A stretch of 64,000 nt of DNA. Source: Vicugna vicugna (taxonomy: Eukaryota). The stretch lies in contig MU057713.1 in assembly GCA_013265495.1 (NCBI GenBank), positions 125,122-189,121 on the forward strand, written 5' to 3'. The notes under the pieces were generated by a model that was given only the letters and a program-made list of their open reading frames with translations, was not told the DNA's origin and did no database searches. Position 1 is the first letter of the stretch, and every line of letters starts with the position of its first letter. The position numbers were made by a program, and so were the translations under genes. Below, in pieces: positions 13,186-26,940 of this stretch.

Positions 13186-14556
13186 TGGTGCCTTAGAGCC
13201 AAATATACTGTGCAGTTGCCAACATGAGGAGGAAGCAAGTATGCGTCACTACTTTAGAATGAAATTAGCGAAAGACATCCAGGAAGACGGAAGTGAGAAA
13301 GGGGTGGGGGTAAACACATTCCACAATCTGTAATGGGTTTTATTCGAACTGATTTTTAACTAACACCCAAGTTTGAGCAAACTGAAATGTTAAGGGAGTG
13401 ACGGAGGATTTTCAACAAAGGCACAGAGCCAAAGAAGAAAACCCAAAGTGGAGAAAGCTGAATGGTTCACTTCTTCTTGACCTTGTATGACAGCACAGAA
13501 TGAGGAGGCATTCACTTCTCATTCAACGTGCTAACGACCGGGTCTCAGTTTAAAACCTTTCCACCACAGTCAAGGGACGGACACACTTGCAGAATTGTTA
13601 CATTTATCTGTTAAAAAAAAAAAAGCAAAATGTAAGTGAATTTTATAATAGCAAAAGCTGAGGGAAGAAGAAACTGGAAACTGAAGGATAAATTCACAGA
13701 GGGGATGAAAACTTGAAATTGCTCCCCAAACAGCAGCAGCCAGCGAGGAGCACAAGGGAGGCAGGATAACTGAGAACACGGTAACCTTGGCAGCGAAGGA
13801 GGTAGAAGTGAGATGCTGTCAAAGCGGAGGACTGACAGTTCAATCTCCAGGCTCTTCTGCTCTCTCTTCTGTGTTACATGTTTCAGAGTCACTGAGACGC
13901 AAACTTCTGGATGGTGTTAAGACTCTTGCCTTCCCACCAATGTTTGAAGTGCATTTAACTGTAAATAGGCAAGAACTGAAAAACTGTGATGCTACCAGAA
14001 AAACCATTTCCCCATGAAAACAGAGGGTAAGTCTAACTGATCTGAAGAAGAGACGATGAAGGGGAAAAGGGGGGAAGGCTTATACACAAAGGAGATAAAA
14101 GCCCGGACTCCAACCACCTGGTCTCGTCTTGAGCTTAAGGCACTTCTGTGGGGAAAAAAGGTCCTATGAGGCAATATATATGCAAGTCTTTTCAGAACAT
14201 TTCTCTACATTGATCTAATATTCATACCAACCTAGTATTAACTTATTACAATGGCATGAACTTTAACAGCCAAATCTAATACAGGAATTTAACCTTGAAG
14301 TAGATTGTGCCCATTGAAAATATAAGTTCCTTTTTTTCCTGATAGGGACCAGAATGATCCTTTTAAAATATAAATCGGACAATATGACTGCACCCCACTC
14401 TTTGCTGCAAATCTGAGAATTTACTCTATTGAAATGAAGTAAAAGCTAAATTTCTTACTGGACACAAATCACTGAGCGACAGCTCAACATCACCTCCCTC
14501 CTTGGCCTCTCTGCCTCATTCCACATCCCTGTCCCCTCCTTCCTACACTTCAGCCA

Positions 14557-14900
14557 TGTCGGCGCCCCCTCTGTCCTACTGTTGGAAAAGGTCACCCAGA
14601 GGACAAGACCACCGGCTGACCCTCAAGCTGGACCCAGGCAGTCGGAGGCTCCTCGCCACCCCCCATCCTTGGAGCGTGTGTACTGTCCACTGTTCCCACA
14701 GTGGGAGCTGTTCCAAGGATGCAGCCTTGAGAGAGCTGTGTGTCATCTGGACTGAACACATAACGGAACCCCAGGAAGGCCTCTGCACAAACTTTTAAGA
14801 TTTGGCGGGCAGGTGGGGAGGCCTACTCAACTTGGCGCACCCAACACAAGCCTCATATGTAAGCTCCCTAGCTTGTTACACCTGCCACCAGCCCATTAGC
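14557..14900 (+). mobile_element. ERVL-class LTR fragment (MER74/MER73/MER54-like)
   Basis: Starts with TG. GC-rich block containing TTCCAAGGATGCAGCCTTGAGAGAG and CAAGCCTCATATGTAAGCTCCC. Confidence 0.5.
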
Positions 14901-16261
14901 TCATATTTTCTTAAGTAATTTCAAGACAAAGAGTTTAGAATATAAATCAGTCTTTCAAGGCCTTCTAAATGGAAACAGTAGCTATAAAATTCTTTTTTTT
15001 TTTCTTTTTGATACATCAGTGTTTTAGGATGAATGTTCTTTTAGATTCCGTAGTTAAGAAATCAACCCTGGAGATTTAGCCAGGAAAGCTCCACTAATTT
15101 CCAAGTATTGCCTAGCAGCAAATGTAAGCCTCATTTAAGAGCCACTGTTGCCTCCTTCCTACACCCAGAGTTTATACTTCCACTCATTTCCCCACAAAAC
15201 TGCAATTTTGGTGGGTACAGAAACTCAGGAGTGCTTTTGCTTTATGCCTAGTAATGTACAGCCCAAGTGCTGATTTTACATAAATGCCTTTGCCACATAC
15301 AGACTGTAATGACAGGAAATAGAAATGCATTCTCTTTTAAATGGTTTTTCCAGAAATATATAATATTCTAAGTCTCCAAGCACTAACACCCAAAGCAGAC
15401 AAACACGCTTGCGAGAGTACTAGAAAGGCACCTGAAATGACGAGGGCTGGACAAAACCACGCTGCTGTGCATCTGTTACTACAGCTCAGTCACTCACCCT
15501 CCTTTTCTGTCTAGAAAATGGGAATGCCATCTATTCTCTCAAACAAGGATGTCGTGACAACAAACAAGAAATCATGTGACAGTTTGAACTTAAAGATGCA
15601 TGATAAATCAGCAGTATTACCATTTCTTCAAAGACCCTTCTTTAAGAGCAAGGGCTTGCAAGTCACAAATGGGATCCTGGTGCCAACACATATTAAATAT
15701 ATTTGTCAAGTTCATTTAACAACTTGGAGCCTCAATGCCCACCTATGGAACGCATGACTACCATTACATACTGATAGGACTGCCATAAGGAATAAATACA
15801 ATTACATAAAGCATCTAACACAAAGCCAGAAAAAAGTAGACACCCAAACTGTAACTATTATTAAATATTATTAATAACACCTGGAACGTAGCCTCCTGGC
15901 TAGGAATGAGTGGGAAATAAGAAGTCTCTGGGCAACAAATAAAAGAGCCCACGTGTTTTAGACATAGGTGAAAAATGAACCTACTTTTAGGAATTTATCC
16001 TAAGTCTGTAGAATTAGAAGTAAGAATCTGAAACAGGCTGAAAAGGGAAGGAGGCCTGATTAACGGAGTCTTCTGATGGCTCTGCAAAATGAATATTGAT
16101 ACTAGGATATCAGAGAATAGACGTCAAATCTATAAATGTACAGAATTCTAGGATCATTGGGTACAAGGACAAGTGCTCTTCAAATGCCTCTAGGGATACC
16201 TAGAGCACAGCATGCTAACTGAAGTTATCAGTATTACTATGTATGCTTGTCACTTTAAATG

Positions 16262-17645
16262 CACCTATGGTCAATTAATTTATGACAAGGGAGACAAAAA
16301 TAAACAACGGGGAAAAGACAGTTGACTTGGTAAGTGTTGCTGGGAAAACTGGACAAGCACATGCAAAAGAATGAGCTTAGAACATTTCCTCACACCATAT
16401 ATAAAAATAAACTGGAAATGGGTTAAAGACCTAAATGGAGACCTGAAACTGTAAAACTTCTAGAAGAAAACATAGGCAGAATACTCTTTGAAATAAATTG
16501 TAGCAATATTTTTTGGACCTATCTCCTAAGGCAAGTGAAATAAAAGCAAAAATAATCAAAGAGGCCTCATTAAACATAAAAGCTTTCGCACAGCAAAGGA
16601 AACCATCAACAAAATGAAAAGACAACATACAGAATGGGGGAAAATATTTGCAAATGATATAACAGATAAGGGGTTAATATCCAAAATACATAAATAGCTC
16701 ATACAACTCAATATCAAACAAAAAAACGGGCAGACCTGAAATAGACATTTTTTTCAAAGAAGATATACATATGGCCAACAAGTACATGAAAAGATGTTCA
16801 ACACTGCTAATCATTAGAGAAGTGCAAATCAAAACGAGATATCATGTCACATTTGTCAGAACAGCAATCATGAAAAAGTGTACAAACAACAAATGTTGGC
16901 AAGGATATGGAAAAAAGGGCACCTTTGTAAACTGTTAGTGGGGATGTAAATTGGTGCAGCCACTATGGAAAACAGTATGGAAGTTCCTCAAAAAACTAAA
17001 AACAGAATTGCCATACCATCTAGCAATTTCACTCCTGGGTATATACCTAGAAAAGATGAAAACTGTAATTGTAAAGATACAGGCACCCCAATGTTCACAG
17101 CAGCATTATTTACAATAGCCAAGATAAGAAAGCAATCTAAGTGTCCATCACCAGATGAATGAACACAGAAGTTGTGGTATATATGTATGTGCACACACAC
17201 ATATATGAATATTACTCAGCTATAAAAAGAATGAAATTCTGCCATTTGCAGCAATATGGAAGAACCTAGAGAATATTATGCTTAGTGAAATAAGTCAGAC
17301 AGAGAAAGACAAATACTGTACAGTATCACTTATATGTGGAATCTAAATGCTAAAATAAATGAATCTATATAGCGAAATAGAAACAGACTCACGGATATAA
17401 AAAAAAACAAACCAGTGGTTACCAGGGGAGAAAGGGAAGGAGAGGGACACATTAGGGGTACAGGGTTAAGAGATACAAACTACCATGTGAAAAATAGATA
17501 AGCTACAAGATTACAACACAGGTAATTGTAGCCATTATCTTGTAACAACCTTTAATGGAGTTTCATCTGTAAAAATACATGGACTCACTATGCTGTACAC
17601 CTGAAACCAATATAATATTGTAAAACAACTATACTTCAATAAAAC
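16262..17645 (+). mobile_element. 5'-truncated L1 (ORF2 C-terminus and 3' UTR)
   Basis: Decayed ORF2 peptides ([23 protein letters not shown]). Ends CAACTATACTTCAATAAAA. Confidence 0.92.
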
Positions 17646-18208
17646 TTTTAACAAATTAATGTACTGTCTTAAAATATACTGGCTCATTCAATATATCATT
17701 GGATCCTTATGATAACTCTTAGAACTAAGCTCTACATGTATTAATATTTCCAGATTACATATAGAATCTAAAAGAATAATTTGAAGACAAGTAGTAGGTG
17801 GTGGAGGAAGGTCTTGAAATTGACTTTCTGCCCACTGGTTCAGTTCTCATTGCAACAGCAGTTAAACAATGCTCCAAATACTCTGTGATGGGCCCCAAAA
17901 GTGTATGATGCATTTTAGGTGTGCACTAAAGAAAGCTAAAAGGCAGTTCTAGCTCTCAGTAATCTAGAAAGTCATCAAAGGAAAGTCACCACGTTGCCAT
18001 GATACTGGATAAAGGAAATACTATTGTTTCTCGTCACTGTACTCTATGAACTAGTAAATGATCGATTTTTAAATGGTACATCTTTTATTATTTATATACA
18101 CTGCATGGTCTGGTGAAAAGGTGATGTTAAGTGTCCAATGTCTACCAGACATCAGTCTATTGAAATTAGACCTAATGGAATTGCTCTATCAAAAGTGGCA
18201 ACCGTAGG

Positions 18209-18255
18209 TAGGGTTGTCAAATAAAATACAGGGTATCAATTTAAATGTATCTTTA
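18209..18255 (+). mobile_element. MER53 left-arm fragment
   Basis: TAGGGTTGTCAAATAAAATACAGG, the same terminus as the element at 29735. Confidence 0.6.
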
Positions 18256-18264
18256 AAACAAAAA

Positions 18265-18850
18265 AACAGGTTCACTGAGATATAAATGATATATATATAA
18301 ATGCTGCAAATATTTAATGTACACAATTTGATGCCTTTGGACATGCCAACACCCATGATACCAGCACCATTATCAAGGTGTACACATATCCATCACCCCC
18401 AAACTTCCCTTGAGTCCCTTTGTTCTGTCTGTACTTATGTATTAAGAACAACACTTAACATGAGATCTACCCTCTTAATAAATTTCAAAGTGCACACCAC
18501 CATACTGTTAACTACGGGCACCATGTTGTACAGCAGAACCTAGGACTTACTCATCTTTTATAACTGTAACTTTACAACTACTGAACAACTAACTCCCCAT
18601 GTCCTCCTCCCCCATCCCCTGACAACCACCACTTGACTTTCTGCTTCTGTAAGTTTTACTGTTTTAGACACCTCGTCTTAAGTGGACTCACGCAGTATTT
18701 GTCCTCTTGTGACTGATTTATTTCACTTAGCATAACGTCTTCCAGGTAGAGCCATGCAATCACAAATGGTAGGATTTCCTTCTTTCTTAAGACTGAATAA
18801 AATTCCACTCTGTGAGTATACCATCTTTTCTTTATCCATTCATAACTGCA
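18265..18850 (-). mobile_element. L1MA/MB-like 3' UTR
   Basis: TTATTTCACTTAGCATAACGTCTTCCAGG...CAAATGGTAGGATTTCCTTCTTTCTTAAGACTGAATA, reverse L1 3' end. Confidence 0.85.
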
Positions 18851-19729
18851 CATATCTTAATGAGCTCCTTTAGAGGGAAGACTGGAACACTGTCAGATTT
18901 TGGTACAACAAAGCACTACACTTCAGTTAATAGCTTAAGCAATGGAGAAGTCAACTGCTTAAGAATCAAAGCAGCAACCACTATGTGCTTTAAACCTCAG
19001 TCTGCAGTAAGCTGTCTAATACATATATTGCTTTCTGACCCGCTCCTTTTGCAACAAGATTTCAGCTCTTTTAAAATCTCACTTTTTCACCCTTTCCAAT
19101 GTCTGGAACTTACTTTTCTGAATAAAATCATGTAAAATACACTAACTCGCCCTCCTCTTTGCCATCAGCTATTTCTTTCCATGTCTAACATTTTCCCTAT
19201 GGATGAACTTGGCTGCCTCAATCATAGGGCAGGTATATCCCAGCAGTATGCATATCAGAGTGCAAAGCAGCGGTCAAGCGGTTTAATGTGTTATCTTGAG
19301 AAATTTTCCCAATGATTAGATTTATTAGCTTGTGAAATTACATCCCAAAGTGGTGGTAGAAGGCTATTACCTGAGTCTATTTTAGAAAAATGCTCCAAGA
19401 GCACACTGAGTAGGGGAAAGCCCTACACCAGGGGCAGGGGTAGGACTGGTCCAAACTAAAGCCATTGCCATTTCATATTTGTTGAAAACCTACTGACCTT
19501 ATTTCCTCCCAATTTTTATCCTCTTCGTTGTTGGGAATAAAATCCAAGACACATCAGATGGAGTATTATATACAAAACAACTGTGCCAGGTACCACTGCA
19601 GTTTTACAACCAACTTAACCAATAATCCCTATGTTAACACTCTTCTTACCATGTACAATTAAGGTACTTTGTAAAGGATTTTACAAATTAGACTTACTAC
19701 CAAATCATGTTAAAGTAGGTAATATTGCA

Positions 19730-20127
19730 AAAGGATAAACATCATATGGTGCATATTCAGTGGAATATTATGCAGCCTTAAAAAGGAATGAAATTATGAT
19801 ACATGCTACAACATGGATGAACCTTGAAAACATGCTAAGTGGAGTAAGCCTGACACAAAAGTACAAATATTATATTATTCCACTTATGAGATATCTAAAA
19901 TAGGCAAACTCATAAAAGACAGAAGTAGAAGAGAGATCACCAGGAGCTGAGGGGAGGTTTAATGGGTATAGAGTTTCCGTTTGGGATGATCAAACAGTTC
20001 TGGAAATCAATAGTGGGCATGGTTGCACAACATTGTGAGTGTACTTAATTCTACTCAATTATACACTTAAAATAGTAAATTTTATGATGTTATCTGTACT
20101 TCATCACAATAAAAATAAAAAATAAAA
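19730..20127 (+). mobile_element. L1MB-like 3' end
   Basis: GATACATGCTACAACATGGATGAACCTTGAAAACATGCTAAGTG; ends CACAATAAAAATAAAAA. Confidence 0.85.
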
Positions 20128-20169
20128 CACAGTACGGCAAGAGTAATAACAGGAACAGCTCTATCATAT

Positions 20170-20380
20170 AACCTACATTTATTTTCTTCCTGGCTCTTAA
20201 CACTGTCTGAAATTACACTGCTGATCTAGGCGTTTGCTTGTTTATTGCCCCTCTCTCCCCCTACAAGAATACAAATTCCGTAAGAGCAGAAACCTAGGCT
20301 TTCTATCTCACTACTTCAGCCTCAGCACGTACAATGCTTCTTGTCACAGAGTAGGTGCAGAATAAGGGAGTTAACAAACA
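20170..20380 (+). mobile_element. L2 3' end
   Basis: TTTATTGCCCCTCTCTCCC...AAATTCCGTAAGAGCAG...CACAGAGTAGGTGC. Confidence 0.6.
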
Positions 20381-20624
20381 GGAGAAATAGTGTATGTGTC
20401 CTTCCCACTTCTAATTTGGTTATACTACATGATCATGCACTTTTTCTTATGTCTGATAATATTTAATACCTCCATCCCTTGTAGGCAGTAGGATACTTTC
20501 AACAGTTATTTATCTTACATGTAAGTCCCGTCTCTGTAACCAGGTTCTAAGCTCCTTGAGAAACCATATGCCGTAGCTCTGCTTTCCCACCCTTAGCCTT
20601 GTGTACTGCCGTATGGTGCCCTAG

Positions 20625-20815
20625 AACTTGCACATCCACGCTCACACTTGATGCCCATGACCATGAGGCTGGCAGATATAATCATCCCCCTTGCAGAGGT
20701 AAGGAGAAAAGCTCAGGAAAATTAGGTGACGTGTTCAAAGTCAAAGTTACTAAGTGGCAGAGCTGGAACTCGAAACCAGGTCTTCTAGCTCCAGGTCCAA
20801 AATTCTTTCCATTAA
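20625..20815 (-). mobile_element. MIR
   Basis: AAGTGGCAGAGCTGGAACTCGAAACCAGGTCTTCT, reverse MIR. Confidence 0.7.
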
Positions 20816-21027
20816 AAGTTTGGTAATGAAAACAGTGATGCTAATGTCCTATTTTTCCATATCTTAAAATTAAGTATGTACTCTAAAAGCATTCCTACTA
20901 AACTGGGGGGGGGTGGTAATTTATTTTTAAAAAGATAGCCTCATCATGGATTTTTAAATACTCAAAAAAGATGCAAATTATGCATGTCTGGAAATAAATT
21001 TTACCTAACCGTTTACTACTGTAATAC

Positions 21028-21117
21028 TAGAGGGAAAGAGGAGAGAGGGAGGGAAAAAGTGAGGGAGAGAGAAAGAAAAAGAAGGAAGAGGAGCGAAGAG
21101 AAGAAAAGGAAAGAAAG
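21028..21117 (+). repeat. GA-rich polypurine tract
   Basis: About 90 nt almost entirely A/G. Confidence 0.85.
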
Positions 21118-21124
21118 CTGTCTA

Positions 21125-21400
21125 TAGACCCACGATGGGGCCAGACAGAGCCAATCACATAAGCAAAATAAGGGCTCGTCTCACCATCCAGTTTACCTGT
21201 GGAATTCACTCAGCTCCAGCCCAGGGACAGTACATGCAAACGTGAGCTTCGTTCTGCCACGCCTCCCACTTCTCATAAAGAACCAGAAATTCAGAATCGT
21301 ATCTGAAATCTCTCAATTTTAATTGTTTTCAATTAATTCAATTTTTAAGAACATTCTGCATGCCAAATGCTGCCTGTGCACAGCACTGTGTGGCCTCTGA
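21125..21400. mobile_element. hAT-Charlie-type DNA transposon remnant (MER102-like)
   Basis: AGAAATTCAGAATCGTATCTGAAATCTCTCAATTTT motif and GGCCTCTG end; highly degenerate. Confidence 0.4.
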
Positions 21401-22344
21401 TCTGAGCCATCATTTTTCTGGGTAGGTTTTATAACAGACAGCACTTTCTAGTCATAGGCTCTGTAAACTCCGTTTGACTTGAATCAGACAAAAACAAAGC
21501 AGGCAGAGAGCAGATAAAGACAAAAACGACCTCATACAAATTGGTTTACTTTCCCTGCTCTTCTTATTCAACCTCACTAAAACCTGTGCCTAGACTTACG
21601 GCCTTCAAATGAGCGCTTCTACATCAAAGAACTGCACTTCTGGGAGTATTTTAAGATCCATAGATTTGAAGACGCTTACACCATGAATGTAACATAAAAC
21701 TAAGTGTGCCTTCCATGGGAGACTCCGGAGGCCAAAAATAGTTTTCACTGTTGCAAGGACAAGATCTGACCCTGTACTTCTGCAGTGGCACACAAAGATT
21801 ATAATTGGGAATGAAAGGAAGTCAAGGGCCTACTGAAAAGCAGATGTCTTGAGCCACAAGTAGCAAGCACAGCATCTGCACACTGGCGGCGGGTGGAAAA
21901 CACTGCAGGAAAACAACAAAGCACAAGGCATAAAAATACCAAAGAAGTCGGCTGGTTCTTTTCAGCTGGGAGGAACAAAGATCTACAGAGCACAAAAGGG
22001 CATTCAGAAGACTGGTAAAAATCTGAAGCCTTAAATAGCTTATGGCGCAGACAAGCTGGAAAATAGAGGCAAAGGAAGTCAATGGAGAATGAAATGTTTG
22101 TGCTCAGTCTCCTTCTAGCCTAGGGCTCCAAGGGCATTTCAGATCTGCCTCATGTTCACTCTTTCCCCAGACTCAGTGACACAGCTCCCTTGATGGTGCC
22201 AGCTTCCTCTTACCAAAGTACTTCAATTTATTACAGAAAGCTTTCTGGGAAGCGCCTTAAAAAAAGGTATCTAATGTGAATGCTCAGGTCAACATTCTGT
22301 ATTTAAGTTCTCTCCTGACTACAAGAAAGTGCAGAAAGAACACA

Positions 22345-22545
22345 TCTGGAGCAAGAATACTTGGATTTGAGTCTTGCTCACTTGCTACTGCTCAGGTAGA
22401 TGCATGCTGGAGTCATTTCATCTCTTTGAGCCTCAGTTGATTTTTTTTTTTTTGTAAAATGAGGGTGTAACACTGGCCTCCACTACTGCACAGAGTTGTT
22501 GTGAAGATCAAAAGAGCTAACCTATATGGAAGTGTCTCACAAGTT
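22345..22545 (+). mobile_element. MIR
   Basis: CTCTTTGAGCCTCAGTT...TGTAAAATGAGG...GTTGTTGTGAAGATCAAA. Confidence 0.75.
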
Positions 22546-23132
22546 TTAACCCCAACAATCGTATCATCTAAAGAGTCAAAGGCTTATCATTTCAATAAAA
22601 GTACAGCCTCACCCATCATCCAACAAACATTATTAAACATCCACCATTACTCTTAATACTGGCTGTAACATAGCTGTGAAAATGACAGGCAGGATCCTGG
22701 CACACGTAGAACCTACAGTTTGATTCAAGTTGTGCATTCTCAATTTTTGACAATAACACAGTAAACAAAATAATTCATCTTTCAGCTAATAAAAGGATTA
22801 TAAATACGTTTTCGATAATGGATTGATTGTTTTCCATGCATTACCATAAAGAAAAGAATACAATGGCAGACCTTAATTAAATTCAGAAAGACACCTAGGC
22901 TGAAATCACACCAAGTATAGTCTCCTACAAAGGCGTCATCTGTACGAAGCAATTATTACACAGTCAGCACAGACACACTTGCCATCAGGCAAACTTAAGG
23001 GAAATGCTGCTGCTTGCTCAAAGCTTGGCTTGGGGAAACCCTGTATTCCTCCAAGACAGCTACTGCTGAGTGCTCATTCTACGCAAGCCCTTCGGTTGGC
23101 ATTGAAAGTGGTACCAAGATCTGCAAGCGCAG

Positions 23133-23203
23133 TTCCTTCCTTTTTTCCTTCCTTCCTTCCTTCCTTCCTTCCTTCCTTCCTTCCTTCCTTCCTTCCTCCC
23201 TTC
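23133..23203 (+). repeat. (CCTT)n microsatellite
   Basis: Directly visible tetranucleotide array with one interruption near the left end. Confidence 0.97.
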
Positions 23204-23874
23204 AAGGGACTCATAATAGAGGAATATAAATAAGATCCGTACAATCACGTAAGTAAGAGAATGATGCGTGGAATATTTAATAAAAGACGGCAGAGGTTGA
23301 GAGACAGACCTAACTTAGGGTGTCCAAGGACCTTCATAAACTTTTGACAAACCAGAAAACGCACCGGACAGTCATCAAAATTCTGAGTTAGCTTCTAATC
23401 ATGTTTTCGCCTGTCTCATTATATGAATTATAACCAGTTTTCCTATTCATAAAGTGAAAAATAAAACATTAGCAACCCTCTGGCTTTCTCAAATCCTTTT
23501 TTAGAAAAAAGTCAGGGTAGAATAGACAGATTTATCTGAACATCAGTGACCCCACAAGTTTGGTAGCTGCATGAGATAACAGCTGGGAAGGACCCTCACT
23601 GCTTCCGACCCCAAGGATGTCCCCCATAGGTGCTAAACCTGGCTCTGAAGCAGGAAAGAACTGAACTAAACCTTGAAACATGGGAAAATTTTTAATAAGC
23701 AGTGGTTATTTAAAGAAAAAAAAAAGTCAGGCCAAGTCAAGGGAGCAGTCTGGAGAAAGACACAGAACTGGGAACACATAAGGATTCAGAACGGCAAGTG
23801 GTCTCACTTGATTTCATCCTAAAGTCCATGGACTGGAGTAATAAGAGTTCAGCCTGTGACTGTATTTCAAAAAT

Positions 23875-23990
23875 TAAAAAGCAGGCTCAGCAAGGTAAAG
23901 TGACTTGCCCAATAGGGACACACCCCTAAGTGGCAGCTCTGAGACCCGAATCCCAGTCCTCTGATTACAAATTCCTTGCTCCTGCTATCG
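23875..23990 (-). mobile_element. MIR fragment
   Basis: AGGCTCAGCAAGGTAAAGTGACTTGCCCAA. Confidence 0.7.
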
Positions 23991-25499
23991 GATCAGCCTC
24001 TGCTGAGGCTGGTGGGCGGGCACAGTATACACCAGATGGAGAGCAGAGAAAGAGTTCCTGGCCTTCACACTAATTTCCATTTTGGACCACGGAAGAAAGA
24101 CGACACAAGGCCACAGTACAGGGAAACTCTGGTCCTTTTTTATTTCTCTTCTGGGTTCTACACCTTCTGTCCTGAGAACTGTATAAAAAAATCAAGTTCA
24201 CAGAACCTCCGACACCATCTGCTGACACCACACTCTACAAACATCAGATTTAGAAGATAATACAGTTAACTTTCAGTCTACTTGGGGACCTAATCCAATT
24301 TGTGAGTTATCTGGGGAGCACATGTTCTCCACCTCCGTTCACCTTTGCTGTTCACCCAATTCTGGACGAACTCTTCCCACCATAAGATGTAAAGAAAAAC
24401 AAAACAAAACCCAGCCACTGAATTAAAATGTATTTAAAATGTGATTGTATGCTGGAAAGCCCCATGTTGGTCCCCAATGGTAAACAGCAATAATTTTGGA
24501 CTCTTTGTTCTGTCCACACCAGTGACTTGATCATTTATGTTACGCCATGTCCACACAGGCGCAACTCCCACCTTATGACAGAGGATAATTCTACTGATAT
24601 AAATTATTCCTCTCTCCCTTCAGAGCTTCTGTCCCTCTGTGATACAGTTTGCCTCAGAAAGGAGCCCAGGAAGTAAAGGCAATGCAATACACCTAAATCT
24701 AGAAATACCTCCATGGTTATGACAAATAATTGGTTGCTCTTTGCGAGAGGATACGGGCAAGGCCTCCCTTTGATAAAGGAGACAGCATTTTCCCAAAGCC
24801 AGACTGGTTTCCTTTTTCTTTAGACTCAGACCATCCTCCAAAAATTAGGACCAGCTCTAGCAGTTGGAATAAGACATTTAAGTAGATCTGTCCCAGTACC
24901 GTGGGACTCACATCACACTGGTCAGGCTGGCTCTCACGGGTGTCCCAGCTCTGGAAATCGAGCTTCTACCATTTTCCAGGCCCAACTTCTTTCTCCAGCC
25001 CCTGTAGAGGACTTTTCTTTGCTCTTGCCCCCTCCCCGGAGTTCCAGTTCTGAACTCAGCCCTAGTCTTTGCTATCCCCGGCAGCCTTCCCTAACACGCA
25101 GTGCCTGCTCATGCCCCTCTGGTTCTCTGCAAGAATTCTCTAGATTACACTGCTCTTGCGCCATGGCCTAGAAACCATGCTTCAGCTACCAGAATGGACC
25201 TTCCCTCAAGGACCCAAGCTGGGCCTGATCATATCACCAGGCCCTCACGGTGGCACGGTCCATTTCTGGATCCAAAGGGCCCCCATCTGTGTCTATGTGG
25301 TAGTGCTGACCGCTGGCGCTTATAATCTAATTCAATAGACATTAAGAAAAAGACTGGGTCTTGACTTTAGCTATTTTATATTGTTAGCTCTCACAGGCAT
25401 TTAAAATATCAAAGAATGAAATAGTGTGGTTCATGAGTTGTAGGCGACTGAGCATTATTCAGCTATACTTAGGACAACCCGTTTGACACTGACAGTGCG

Positions 25500-25725
25500 A
25501 CAGCCGTGCTGACCAGCGGGTGCTGAGCTCGGGAACCAGACTTCCTGGATCCGAACCCTACCTTTGACATTTCTCAACTTTGGGCCGCTGGACAAAATTA
25601 ACAAGTGCTTCAGTTGCTGAAATGAGGAAAATGGTGCTTTTCTCAAAGAGCTGTGAAGGTTAAATGTGTTAATACACAGATACTGCTCAAGGTGGGCTTC
25701 ACCCACAATCAACGCTCAGCAGGTA
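25500..25725 (+). mobile_element. MIR
   Basis: CCAGACTTCCTGGATCCGAACCC...GCTGTGAAGGTTAAATGTGTTAATAC. Confidence 0.65.
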
Positions 25726-26759
25726 GATATGTATTATCTGAGTGGGCTGCCATGTCTTAACAAACAATTAGAAGGTTCATAATGAAGATCAAATTGAAAA
25801 GTCAATGTCATAATGAAATCAGCCCCCCGTACATCAGTAACTATTTAGCCGGGAGGTGTGGAGTACTGAGGCTGCCTTGACAGCTTACCACATTTTTGAA
25901 AGCCCTTTCTCTGTTAAACCTGGAAAACAATGCTTCCTACCTGATAGGATTACTTTTATTATTAAATTTAGTTAAGAGGTATAAAGCACTTAGAAAACAC
26001 TTCAGTGTCAGCTAACTTATTTGAGTAGCCCACACAACAGTCCGGGAGATGAAGTGATGAAACCAGAACGTCTCTGAGTGGTTAGAGCTAGGGGGTGTCC
26101 ACACTCCCGACAAACGGGCAGCCTGTCATTCCTCCGGCCCCGGTCGGCACTCTTCTCACCACAAGTAAACTCAAATGTTAACTGCAGCCGAAAGAACACA
26201 TGGAAGAGCTCATTCAGATCAGAAGGAAGCAATCACGGCCACATCCTCCCACCACCGAGAAAGCAGGCAAAGTGAGCATAATAAGCACATATAACAACTC
26301 ATATTTTGCAAAGCTTTTAAAGGATGCAATTTTTCTTAGAAATGCAGTGAGAGGCTGCACTTCAAAAGATCAAGAGGATAAAAAGACCCTTGGAATAAAA
26401 ATGAGGGGCCCCACGGAAGAATGCAACAATCCAACACACACTGGTACAAGGCAAGAATAGTGTGGAAACCAAGGAGGATCAAAGGAACCTGAAGGAAGTA
26501 AATTTCAGGGTGGAATGGGGTGTGGTAATTACCAGATCCTCAGTGACTGGCTCCTCGAAATGAATAACGGAGTTCCACTCTACGCTCTCTGTGGGTGCAC
26601 TAAACATGTCTTAGTGCCAAAGTAAACTTCAGAGTGTATTTCTTATTCTAAAATGCAGACTCAGTTATTTTCAGACAAAGCCCCTCTGAACCTCCACCTG
26701 CCCAATGGAGGTCAAACTCCCCTGGGGTCGTCGGAGGCCGGACAGCAGCCACGTCTCCA

Positions 26760-26940
26760 AGCCAGCCAGCCTTGCCCGCTGACCGCCTGCGTGACCTTGG
26801 CAAAGTCATTTCCTCTTACTCTCTATTCACCTCCTTGTCTGCAAATTGGAGCTCATGTTGGCATCTACCTAATAGGAGCAGCCTGATGATTAAGTTAGCT
26901 AACACAAGTGAAGCGTTTAGGATGGTACATGACACACAGA
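26760..26940 (+). mobile_element. MIR
   Basis: CTGCGTGACCTTGGCAAAGTCATTT...TCTGCAAATTGG. Confidence 0.65.

Noticed and set aside
14561..14576. CTCF site (GCGCCCCCT core)
   Set aside because: The core matches but the CCAS part does not. It cannot be supported without a PWM score or ChIP data.
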